DNA of 42,046 nt, from the NCBI GenBank assembly GCA_002269645.1, contig NIVC01004558.1:1-42046 (forward strand), written 5' to 3'. A model generated the notes under the pieces. The model did not search any database. It saw only the letters and a list, made by a program, of their open reading frames with translations, and was not told the origin of the DNA. The first letter of the stretch is position 1. The number at the start of each line of letters is the position of its first letter. This DNA comes from Macrostomum lignano (lineage: Eukaryota). Positions 13,831-25,100 of the stretch are shown here, piece after piece. The translations under genes were made by a program, and so were the position numbers.

Positions 13831-15413
13831 ATCACCGTGTTTGATAAACCAGGGATTACTGCACTTGATTAGCCAAGGATTACTGCACTTGATAAACCAA
13901 GGATTATTGCTCTTAATAAACCAAGGATTACTGCACTTGATAAACCAAGGATTATTGCACTTGCAAACCAAGGATTACTGCTCTTAATAAGCCAAGGATT
14001 ATTTCTCATAATAAGCTAAGGATTATTTCGCTTAATAGGCCAAGGATTACTGCACTTGATAAACCTACTGCACTTGATAAACCAAGGATTACTGCGCTTG
14101 GCAAATCAAGGATTACTGCACTTGATAGGCAAAGGATTACTGCACTCGATAAACCAAGAATTTTTGCTCTTAATAAACCAAGGATTACTGCACTTGATAA
14201 ACCAAGGATTATTGCACTTGATAAACCAAGGATTATTGCTCTTAATAAGCCAAGGATTACTGCACTTGATAAACCAAGGATTATTGCTCGTAATAAACCA
14301 AAGATTACTGCACTTGATAAACCAATGATTATTGCTCTTAATAAACCAAGGATTACTGCGCTTGATAAGCCAAGGATTACTGAACTTGATAAGCCAAGAA
14401 TTATCGCTCTAAATAAGCTAAGGATAATTGCTCTCAATAAACCAAGGATTACTGCACTTGATAAACCAAAGATTATAGCACTTGATAAACCCAGGATTAT
14501 TGCTCTTTATAAGCCAAGGATAATTGCTCTTAATAAGCTAAGGATTTTTGCACTTGGCAAACCAAGGATTACTGCACTTGATAAACCTACTGCACTTGAT
14601 AAACCTACTGCACTTGATAAACCAAGGATTACCGCTCTTAACAAGCTAAGGATTATTGCACTTGGCAAACCAAGGATTACTGCTCCTAATAAGCCAAGGA
14701 TTATTGCTCTTAATAAGCTAAGGATTTTTGTACTTGGCAAACCAAGGATTACTGCACTTGATAAACCAAGACAAATCGCTCTTGATAAGCCAAGGATTAT
14801 TGCTCTTGATAAACCAAGGATTATTGCTCTTAATAAACCAAGGATTACTGCGCTTGATAGGCAAAGGATTACTGCACTTGATAAACCAAGAATTATCGTT
14901 CTTAATAAGCTAAGGATTATTGCACTTGATAAACCAAGGATTATTGCTCTTAATAAGCTAAGGGTAATTTCACTTGGCAAACCAAGGATTACTGCTCCTA
15001 ATAAGCCAAGGATTATTGCTCTTAATAAGCTAAGGATTTTTGTACTTAGCAAACCAAGGATTACTGCACTTGATAAACCAAGGATTATTGCTCTTAATAA
15101 ACCAAGGATTACTGCGCTTGATAAGCCAAGGATTACTGCGCTTGATAAGCCAAGGATTATTGCACTTGGCAAACCTAGGATTACTGCACTCGATAAACCA
15201 AGGATTACTGCACTTGATAAACCAAGACATATCGCTCTTAATAAGCCAAGGATTATTGCACTTGGCAAACCTAGGATTACTGCACTCGATAAACCAAGGA
15301 TTACTGCACTTGATAAACCAAGGATAACTGCACTTGATAAGCAAAGGATTATTGCTCTTGATAAGCCAAGGATTATTGCACTTAGCAAACCAAGGATTAC
15401 AGCACTTGATAAG
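13831..15413 (+). repeat. 24-bp minisatellite inside the Helitron (about 66 units; consensus gataaaccaaggattactgcactt)
   Basis: Clear 24-bp period with subtypes (gca ctt gat / gct ctt aat / gca ctt ggc), 18-bp units lacking aggatt, and internal higher-order duplications (gctcctaat at 14682 and 14994, offset 312; cctagg..ctcgat units offset 96). Confidence 0.97.
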
Positions 15414-15767
15414 CTTGGCTACATGTATGGGATTCTTTCTATCCAGGGATGCTTGCTATTCAGGGATTCTTGCTATCTGCAGGATGCTTGCTATCTGGGT
15501 GGATGCTTCTACAGTATCTTGCGATGCTTGCTATGTGCAGGTTGCTTGCTATCTGGGGTGAAGCTTGCTACGTGTACTAAGGGATGCTTGCTATCTGTTG
15601 TTGCTTACTTTTGGAGGGGGGTGCTTGCTATCTGGAGGGATACTTGCTGTCTTGGGAATATTTTCTATTTAGGTGGAATGTCTGTTATTTTTGTGAAAGC
15701 TATATTTTGTTGTCGGTTTGTTAATTTTAGAAAAAAAGAGATTCATAGCAAATATCATTGTCCGTGA
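14325..15767 (+). CDS. Possible octapeptide-repeat ORF (KPRITALD/KPRIIALN); the frame is stop-free from 13944. It may simply be a non-coding repeat.
   Basis: 480-aa ORF in the track; by hand the same frame is open back to 13944. Much variation falls at third codon positions (gca/gct/gcg, aaa/aag, agg/aga, cca/cct/ccc, att/ata/atc) and internal deletions are 6 bp. Against: the ATG arises from an agg>atg change in one repeat, there is a TAG at 13870-13872 and a 1-bp shift at ~13963, and a 24-bp unit without a stop gives a long ORF by default. Confidence 0.25.
   Translation: MIIALNKPRITALDKPRITELDKPRIIALNKLRIIALNKPRITALDKPKIIALDKPRIIALYKPRIIALNKLRIFALGKPRITALDKPTALDKPTALDKPRITALNKLRIIALGKPRITAPNKPRIIALNKLRIFVLGKPRITALDKPRQIALDKPRIIALDKPRIIALNKPRITALDRQRITALDKPRIIVLNKLRIIALDKPRIIALNKLRVISLGKPRITAPNKPRIIALNKLRIFVLSKPRITALDKPRIIALNKPRITALDKPRITALDKPRIIALGKPRITALDKPRITALDKPRHIALNKPRIIALGKPRITALDKPRITALDKPRITALDKQRIIALDKPRIIALSKPRITALDKLGYMYGILSIQGCLLFRDSCYLQDACYLGGCFYSILRCLLCAGCLLSGVKLATCTKGCLLSVVAYFWRGVLAIWRDTCCLGNIFYLGGMSVIFVKAIFCCRFVNFRKKEIHSKYHCP
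15411..15652 (+). repeat. Degenerate 17-19-bp tandem repeat (core ggatgcttgctatctg)
   Basis: About a dozen imperfect copies, e.g. gggatgcttgctattca, ggatgcttgctatctgggt, gggatgcttgctatctgtt, gggtgcttgctatctgga. Confidence 0.75.
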
Positions 15768-16022
15768 CAATTTTACATGAATAAGGTGATTTTTAAAAGT
15801 GAAGAAGGAATTGGTGTTTAACACCAGTGATGCCTCTGCATGATAGGCAACTGTGTTGCCTTTGGGTAACAATATTTTTTGCTGTAGCTGCTTTTCCAGC
15901 CATTGCCGAGCGTACTGCTTGCACCGCTACAGAAGTAGTACGCTATTGCTTTGAAAGAAGGCAAGTATGGTTGAATTGTCAGTTCTACACAAGCATGTTT
16001 TATTAGCACATAAGCCCCAGAA

Positions 16023-16076
16023 TTAAAATGAGAATTCGATTCCTAGCCCCCCTCCCTAAGAATTCTTTCATTTTAA
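16023..16076. repeat. Subterminal inverted repeat near the Helitron 3' end
   Basis: ttaaaatgagaattc (16023-16037) pairs with gaattc-tt-tcattttaa (16060-16076): 15 bp with a 2-nt bulge and a 22-nt loop. Confidence 0.6.
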
Positions 16077-16098
16077 AGGATTCGTCCCTTGCTTATTG

Positions 16099-16129
16099 GC
16101 CACCCCGAAGGGGGGCGCTAGATTGCTAG
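16099..16129 (+). other. Helitron 3' terminator: GC hairpin plus terminal CTAG
   Basis: gccacccc GAA ggggggc (a perfect palindrome if one T is restored) followed by gctagattg and CTAG|T. Confidence 0.8.
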
Positions 16130-19100
16130 TCCATTCTATTCCTGCATCCATGATAGGCTAGATTAGCAATCCATTCTATTCCTGCACCCATGATAGGCTA
16201 GATTAGCAATCCATTCTATTCCTGCAGCCATGATAGGCTAGATTAGCAATCCATTCTATTCTTGCACCCATGATAGGCTAGATTAGCAATGCATTCTATT
16301 CCTGCACCCATGATAGGCTAGATTAGCAATCCATTCTATTCCTGCATCCATGATAGGCTAGATTAGCAATCCATTCTATTCTTGCACCCATGATAGGCTA
16401 GATTAGCAACCCATTCTATTCCTGCATCCATGATAGGCTAGATTAGCAATCCATTCTATTCTTGCACCCATGATAGGCTAGATTAGCAATCCATTCTATT
16501 CCTGCATCCATGATAGGCTAGATTAGCAATCCATTCTATTCCTACACCCATGATAGGCTAGATTAGCAATCCATTCTATTCCTGCACCCATGATAGGCTA
16601 GATTAGCAATCCATTCTATTCCTGCATCCATGATAGGCTACATTAGCAATCCGCTCTATTTCTGCAGCCATGATAGGCTAGATTAGCAATCCATTCTATT
16701 CCTGCAGCCATGATAGGCTAGATTAGCAATCCATTCTATTCCTGCACCCATTATAGGCTAGATTAGCAATGCATTCTATTCCTGCACCCATGATAGGCCA
16801 GATTAGCAATCCATTCTATTCCTGCACCCATGATAGGCTAGATTAGCAATCCATTCTATTCCTACACCCATGATAGGCTAGATTAGCAATCCATTCTATT
16901 CCTGCATCCATGATAGGCTAGATTAGCAATCCATTCTATTCCTACACCCATGATAGGCTAGATTAGCAATCCATTCTATTCCTGCATCCATGATAGGCTA
17001 GATTAGCAATCCATTCTATTCCTACACCCATGATAGGCTAGATTAGCAATCCATTCTATTCCTGCAGCCATGATAGGCTAGATTAGCAATCCATTCTATT
17101 CCTGCACCCATTATAGGCTAGATTAGCAATGCATTCTATTCCTGCACCCATGATAGGCCAGATTAGCAATCCATTCTATTCCTGCACCCATGATAGGCTA
17201 GATTAGCAATCCATTCTATTCCTACACCCATGATAGGCTAGATTAGCAATCCATTCTATTCCTGCATCCATGATAGGCTAGATTAGCAATCCATTCTATT
17301 CCTACACCCATGATAGGCTAGATTAGCAATCCATTCTATTCCTGCATCCATGATAGGCTAGATTAGCAATCCATTCTATTCCTACACCATGATAGGCTAG
17401 ATTAGCAATCCATTCTATTCCTGCATCCATGATAGGCTAGATTAGCAATCCATTCTATTCCTGCATCCATGATAGGCTAGATTAGCAATCCATTCTATTC
17501 TGCACCCATGATAGGCTAGATTAGCAATCCATTCTATTCCTGCATCCATGATAGGCTAGATTAGCAATCCATTCTATTCCTGCATCCATGATAGGCTAGA
17601 TTAGCAATCCATTCTATTCCTGCATCCATGATAGGCTAGATTAGCAATCCATTCTATTCCTACACCCATGATAGGCTAGATTAGCAATCCATTCTATTCC
17701 TGCATCCATGATAGGCTAGATTAGCAATCCATTCTATTCCTACACCCATGATAGGCTAGATTAGCAATCCATTCTATTCCTGCATCCATGATAGGCTAGA
17801 TTAGCAATCCATTCTATTCCTGCATCCATGATAGGCTAGATTAGCAATCCATTCTATTCCTGCACCCATGATAGGCTAGATTAGCAATCCATTCTATTCC
17901 TGCATCCATGATAGGCTAGATTAGCAATCCATTCTATTCCTGCATCCATGATAGGCTAGATTAGCAATCCATTCTATTCCTGCACCATGATAGGCTAGAT
18001 TAGCAATCCATTCTATTCCTGCATCCATGATAGGCTAGATTAGCAATCCATTCTATTCCTGCACCCATGATAGGCTAGATTAGCAATCCATTCTATTCCT
18101 GCATCCATGATAGGCTAGATTAGCAATCCATTCTATTCCTGCATCCATGATAGGCTAGATTAGCAATCCATTCTATTCCTGCACCCATGATAGGCTAGAT
18201 TAGCAATCCATTCTATTCCTGCATCCATGATAGGCTAGATTAGCAATCCATTCTATTCCTGCACCATGATAGGCTAGATTAGCAATCCATTCTATTCCTG
18301 CATCCATGATAGGCTAGATTAGCAATCCATTCTATTCCTGCACCCATGATAGGCTAGATTAGCAATCCATTCTATTCCTGCATCCATGATAGGCTAGATT
18401 AGCAATCCATTCTATTCCTACACCCATGATAGGCTAGATTAGCAATCCATTCTATTCCTGCACCCATGATAGGCTAGATTAGCAATCCATTCTATTCCTG
18501 CATCCATGATAGGCTAGATTAGCAATCCATTCTATTTCTGCAGCCATGATAGGCTAGATTAGCAATCCATTCTATTCCTGCAGCCATGATAGGCTAGATT
18601 AGCAATCCATTCTATTCCTGCACCATGATAGGCTAGATTAGCAATCCATTCTATTCCTGCACCCATGATAGGCTAGATTAGCAATCCATTCTATTCCTGC
18701 ACCATGATAGGCTAGATTAGCAATCCATTCTATTCCTGCACCATGATAGGCTAGATTAGCAATCCATTCTATTCCTGCATCCATGATAGGCTAGATTAGC
18801 AATCCATTCTATTCCTACACCATGATAGGCTAGATTAGCAATCCATTCTATTCCTGCATCCGTGATTGGCTAGATTAGCAATCCATTCTATTCCTGCATC
18901 CATGATAGGCTAGATTAGCAATCCATTCTATTCCTGCACCATGATAGGCTAGATTAGCAATCCATTCTATTCCTGCATCCATGATAGGCTAGATTAGCAA
19001 TCCATTCTATTCCTGCATCCATGATAGGCTAGATTAGCAATCCATTCTATTCCTGCATCCATGATAGGCTAGATTAGCAATCCATTCTATTCCTGCACCA

Positions 19101-22100
19101 TGATAGGCTAGATTAGCAATCCATTCTATTCCTGCATCCATGATAGGCTAGATTAGCAATCCATTCTATTCCTGCACCATGATAGGCTAGATTAGCAATC
19201 CATTCTATTCCTGCATCCATGATAGGCTAGATTAGCAATCCATTCTATTCCTGCACCATGATAGGCTAGATTAGCAATCCATTCTATTCCTGCATCCATG
19301 ATAGGCTAGATTAGCAATCCATTCTATTCCTGCATCCATGATAGGCTAGATTAGCAATCCATTCTATTCCTGCATCCATGATAGGCTAGATTAGCAATCC
19401 ATTCTATTCCTGCACCATGATAGGCTAGATTAGCAATCCATTCTATTCCTGCATCCATGATAGGCTAGATTAGCAATCCATTCTATTCCTGCATCCATGA
19501 TAGGCTAGATTAGCAATCCATTCTATTCCTGCATCCATGATAGGCTAGATTAGCAATCCATTCTATTCCTGCATCCATGATAGGCTAGATTAGCAATCCA
19601 TTCTATTCCTGCACCCATGATAGGCTAGATTAGCAATCCATTCTATTCCTGCATCCATGATAGGCTAGATTAGCAATCCATTCTATTCCTGCACCCATGA
19701 TAGGCTAGATTAGCAATCCATGATCGGCTGGATTAGCAATCCATTCTATTCCTGCACCCATGATAGGCTAGATTAGCAATCCATTCTATTCCTGCATCCA
19801 TGATAGGCTAGATTAGCAATCCATTCTATTCCTGCATCCATGATAGGCTAGATTATCAATCCATGATAGGCTAGATTAGCAATCCATTCTATTCCTACAC
19901 CCATGATAGGCTAGATTAGCAATCCATTCTATTCCTGCATCCATGATAGGCTAGATTAGCAATCCATTCTATTCCTGCACCCATGATAGGCTAGATTAGC
20001 AATCCATTCTATTCCTGCATCCATGATAGGCTAGATTAGCAATCCATTCTATTCCTGCATCCATGATAGGCTAGATTAGCAATCCATTCTATTCCTGCAT
20101 CCATGATAGGCTAGATTAGCAATCCATTCTATTCCTGCACCATGATAGGCTAGATTAGCAATCCATTCTATTCCTGCATCCATGATAGGCTAGATTAGCA
20201 ATCCATTCTATTCCTGCACCATGATAGGCTAGATTAGCAATCCATGATCGCTGGATTAGCAATCCATTCTATTCCTGCACCCATGATAGGCTAGATTAGC
20301 AATCCATTCTATTCCTGCATCCATGATAGGCTAGATTAGCAATCCATTCTATTCCTGCACCATGATAGGCTAGATTAGCAATCCATGATCGGCTGATTAG
20401 CAATCCATTCTATTCCTGCACCCATGATAGGCTAGATTAGCAATCCATTCTATTCCTGCATCCATGATAGGCTAGATTAGCAATCCATTCTATTCCTGCA
20501 TCCATGATAGGCTAGATTAGCAATCCATTCTATTCCTGCATCCATGATAGGCTAGATTAGCAATCCATTCTATTCCTGCATCCATGATAGGCTAGATTAG
20601 CAATCCATTCTATTCCTGCACCATGATAGGCTAGATTAGCAATCCATTCTATTCCTGCATCCATGATAGGCTAGATTAGCAATCCATTCTATTCCTGCAT
20701 CATGATAGGCTAGATTAGCAATCCATGATCGGCTGGATTAGCAATCCATTCTATTCCTGCATCCATGATAGGCTAGATTAGCAATCCATTCTATTCCTAC
20801 ACCCATGATAGGCTAGATTAGCAATCCATTCTATTCCTGCATCCATGATAGGCTAGATTAGCAATCCATTCTATTCCTGCACCATGATAGGCTAGATTAG
20901 CAATCCATTCTATTCCTGCACCATGATAGGCTAGATTAGCAATCCATTCTATTCCTGCATCCATGATAGGCTAGATTAGCAATCCATTCTATTCCTGCAC
21001 CCATGATAGGCTAGATTAGCAATCCATTCTATTCCTGCATCCATGATAGGCTAGATTAGCAATCCATTCTATTCCTGCACCCATGATAGGCTAGATTAGC
21101 AATCCATTCTATTCCTGCATCCATGATAGGCTAGATTAGCAATCCATTCTATTCCTGCATCCATGATAGGCTAGATTAGCAATCCATTCTATTCCTGCAC
21201 CATGATAGGCTAGATTAGCAATCCATTCTATTCCTGCATCCATGATAGGCTAGATTAGCAATCCATTCTATTCCTGCATCCATGATAGGCTAGATTAGCA
21301 ATCCATTCTATTCCTGCATCCATGATAGGCTAGATTAGCAATCCATTCTATTCCTGCACCCATGATAGGCTAGATTAGCAATCCATTCTATTCCTGCATC
21401 CATGATAGGCTAGATTAGCAATCCATTCTATTCCTGCACCATGATAGGCTAGATTAGCAATCCATTCTATTCCTGCATCCATGATAGGCTAGATTAGCAA
21501 TCCATTCTATTCCTGCATCCATGATAGGCTAGATTAGCAATCCATTCTATTCCTGCATCCATGATAGGCTAGATTAGCAATCCATTCTATTCCTGCATCC
21601 ATGATAGGCTAGATTAGCAATCCATTCTATTCCTGCATCCATGATAGGCTAGATTAGCAATCCATTCTATTCCTGCATCCATGATAGGCTAGATTAGCAA
21701 TCCATTCTATTCCTGCATCCATGATAGGCTAGATTAGCAATCCATTCTATTCCTGCATCCATGATAGGCTAGATTAGCAATCCATTCTATTCCTGCATCC
21801 ATGATAGGCTAGATTAGCAATCCATTCTATTCCTGCATCCATGATAGGCTAGATTAGCAATCCATTCTATTCCTGCATCCATGATAGGCTAGATTAGCAA
21901 TCCATTCTATTCCTGCATCCATGATAGGCTAGATTAGCAATCCATTCTATTCCTGCATCCATGATAGGCTAGATTAGCAATCCATTCTATTCCTGCATCC
22001 ATGATAGGCTAGATTAGCAATCCATTCTATTCCTGCATCCATGATAGGCTAGATTAGCAATCCATTCTATTCCTGCACCATGATAGGCTAGATTAGCAAT

Positions 22101-25100
22101 CCATTCTATTCCTGCATCCATGATAGGCTAGATTAGCAATCCATTCTATTCCTGCATCCATGATAGGCTAGATTAGCAATCCATTCTATTCCTGCATCCA
22201 TGATAGGCTAGATTAGCAATCCATTCTATTCCTGCATCCATGATAGGCTAGATTAGCAATCCATTCTATTCCTGCACCATGATAGGCTAGATTAGCAATC
22301 CATTCTATTCCTGCATCCATGATAGGCTAGATTAGCAATCCATTCTATTCCTGCACCATGATAGGCTAGATTAGCAATCCATTCTATTCCTGCATCCATG
22401 ATAGGCTAGATTAGCAATCCATTCTATTCCTGCATCCATGATAGGCTAGATTAGCAATCCATTCTATTCCTGCATCCATGATAGGCTAGATTAGCAATCC
22501 ATTCTATTCCTGCATCCATGATAGGCTAGATTAGCAATCCATTCTATTCCTGCATCCATGATAGGCTAGATTAGCAATCCATTCTATTCCTGCACCATGA
22601 TAGGCTAGATTAGCAATCCATTCTATTCCTGCATCCATGATAGGCTAGATTAGCAATCCATTCTATTCCTGCATCCATGATAGGCTAGATTAGCAATCCA
22701 TTCTATTCCTGCATCCATGATAGGCTAGATTAGCAATCCATTCTATTCCTGCATCCATGATAGGCTAGATTAGCAATCCATTCTATTCCTGCATCCATGA
22801 TAGGCTAGATTAGCAATCCATTCTATTCCTGCATCCATGATAGGCTAGATTAGCAATCCATTCTATTCCTGCATCCATGATAGGCTAGATTAGCAATCCA
22901 TTCTATTCCTGCATCCATGATAGGCTAGATTAGCAATCCATTCTATTCCTGCATCCATGATAGGCTAGATTAGCAATCCATTCTATTCCTGCATCCATGA
23001 TAGGCTAGATTAGCAATCCATTCTATTCCTGCATCCATGATAGGCTAGATTAGCAATCCATTCTATTCCTGCACCATGATAGGCTAGATTAGCAATCCAT
23101 TCTATTCCTGCATCCATGATAGGCTAGATTAGCAATCCATTCTATTCCTGCATCCATGATAGGCTAGATTAGCAATCCATTCTATTCCTGCATCCATGAT
23201 AGGCTAGATTAGCAATCCATTCTATTCCTGCATCCATGATAGGCTAGATTAGCAATCCATTCTATTCCTGCATCCATGATAGGCTAGATTAGCAATCCAT
23301 TCTATTCCTGCACCATGATAGGCTAGATTAGCAATCCATTCTATTCCTGCATCCATGATAGGCTAGATTAGCAATCCATTCTATTCCTGCACCATGATAG
23401 GCTAGATTAGCAATCCATTCTATTCCTGCATCCATGATAGGCTAGATTAGCAATCCATTCTATTCCTGCATCCATGATAGGCTAGATTAGCAATCCATTC
23501 TATTCCTGCATCCATGATAGGCTAGATTAGCAATCCATTCTATTCCTGCATCCATGATAGGCTAGATTAGCAATCCATTCTATTCCTGCATCCATGATAG
23601 GCTAGATTAGCAATCCATTCTATTCCTGCATCCATGATAGGCTAGATTAGCAATCCATTCTATTCCTGCATCCATGATAGGCTAGATTAGCAATCCATTC
23701 TATTCCTGCATCCATGATAGGCTAGATTAGCAATCCATTCTATTCCTGCATCCATGATAGGCTAGATTAGCAATCCATTCTATTCCTGCATCCATGATAG
23801 GCTAGATTAGCAATCCATTCTATTCCTGCATCCATGATAGGCTAGATTAGCAATCCATTCTATTCCTGCACCATGATAGGCTAGATTAGCAATCCATTCT
23901 ATTCCTGCATCCATGATAGGCTAGATTAGCAATCCATTCTATTCCTGCATCCATGATAGGCTAGATTAGCAATCCATGATCGGCTGGATTAGCAATCCAT
24001 TCTATTCCTGCACCCATGATAGGCTAGATTAGCAATCCATTCTATTCCTGCATCCATGATAGGCTAGATTAGCAATCCATTCTATTCCTGCATCCATGAT
24101 AGGCTAGATTAGCAATCCATGATAGGCTAGATTAGCAATCCATTCTATTCCTACACCCATGATAGGCTAGATTAGCAATCCATTCTATTCCTGCATCCAT
24201 GATAGGCTAGATTAGCAATCCATTCTATTCCTGCATCCATGATAGGCTAGATTAGCAATCCATTCTATTCCTGCATCCATGATAGGCTAGATTAGCAATC
24301 CATTCTATTCCTGCACCATGATAGGCTAGATTAGCAATCCATTCTATTCCTGCATCCATGATAGGCTAGATTAGCAATCCATTCTATTCCTGCACCCATG
24401 ATAGGCTAGATTAGCAATCCATTCTATTCCTGCATCCATGATAGGCTAGATTAGCAATCCATTCTATTCCTGCATCCATGATAGGCTAGATTAGCAATCC
24501 ATGATCGGCTGATTAGCAATCCATTCTATTCCTGCACCATGATAGGCTAGATTAGCAATCCATTCTATTCCTGCATCCATGATAGGCTAGATTAGCAATC
24601 CATTCTATTCCTGCACCATGATAGGCTAGATTAGCAATCCATGATCGGCTATTAGCAATCCATTCTATTCCTGCACCATGATAGGCTAGATTAGCAATCC
24701 ATTCTATTCCTGCATCCATGATAGGCTAGATTAGCAATCCATTCTATTCCTGCATCCATGATAGGCTAGATTAGCAATCCATTCTATTCCTGCATCCATG
24801 ATAGGCTAGATTAGCAATCCATTCTATTCCTGCATCCATGATAGGCTAGATTAGCAATCCATTCTATTCCTGCACCATGATAGGCTAGATTAGCAATCCA
24901 TTCTATTCCTGCATCCATGATAGGCTAGATTAGCAATCCATTCTATTCCTGCATCCATGATAGGCTAGATTAGCAATCCATGATCGGCTAGATTAGCAAT
25001 CCATTCTATTCCTGCATCCATGATAGGCTAGATTAGCAATCCATTCTATTCCTGCATCCATGATAGGCTAGATTAGCAATCCATTCTATTCCTGCATCCA

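Larger units (their letters stand above)
13172..16129 (+). mobile_element. Non-autonomous Helitron (rolling-circle transposon) inserted into the satellite
   Basis: Starts TC (13172-13173, tcttctatctaat) and ends CTAG (16126-16129). GC hairpin gccacccc-gaa-ggggggc (16099-16116) lies 9 nt before the CTAG. Left flank ends in A (13171) and right flank starts with T (16130). Joining the flanks gives tagattagcaa|tccattctatt, the exact satellite consensus with no TSD. No Rep/helicase ORF is present. These termini are the established Helitron signature. Confidence 0.85.

Noticed and set aside
14006-15561. LSSAVILG, LLHLINQG and KCSNPWFI ORFs
   Set aside because: Alternative frames of the 24-bp repeat, interrupted by stops.
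15836-15848. ctgcatgataggc matching the satellite
   Set aside because: A 10-mer exact match is expected by chance at an appreciable rate in 3 kb.
16060-16140. Minus-strand tRNA-like reading (anticodon arm, long variable arm, T-arm-like aagggacgaatcctt)
   Set aside because: Spacing is wrong, there is no GTTC, and the hairpin plus CTAG is better explained as the Helitron 3' end.
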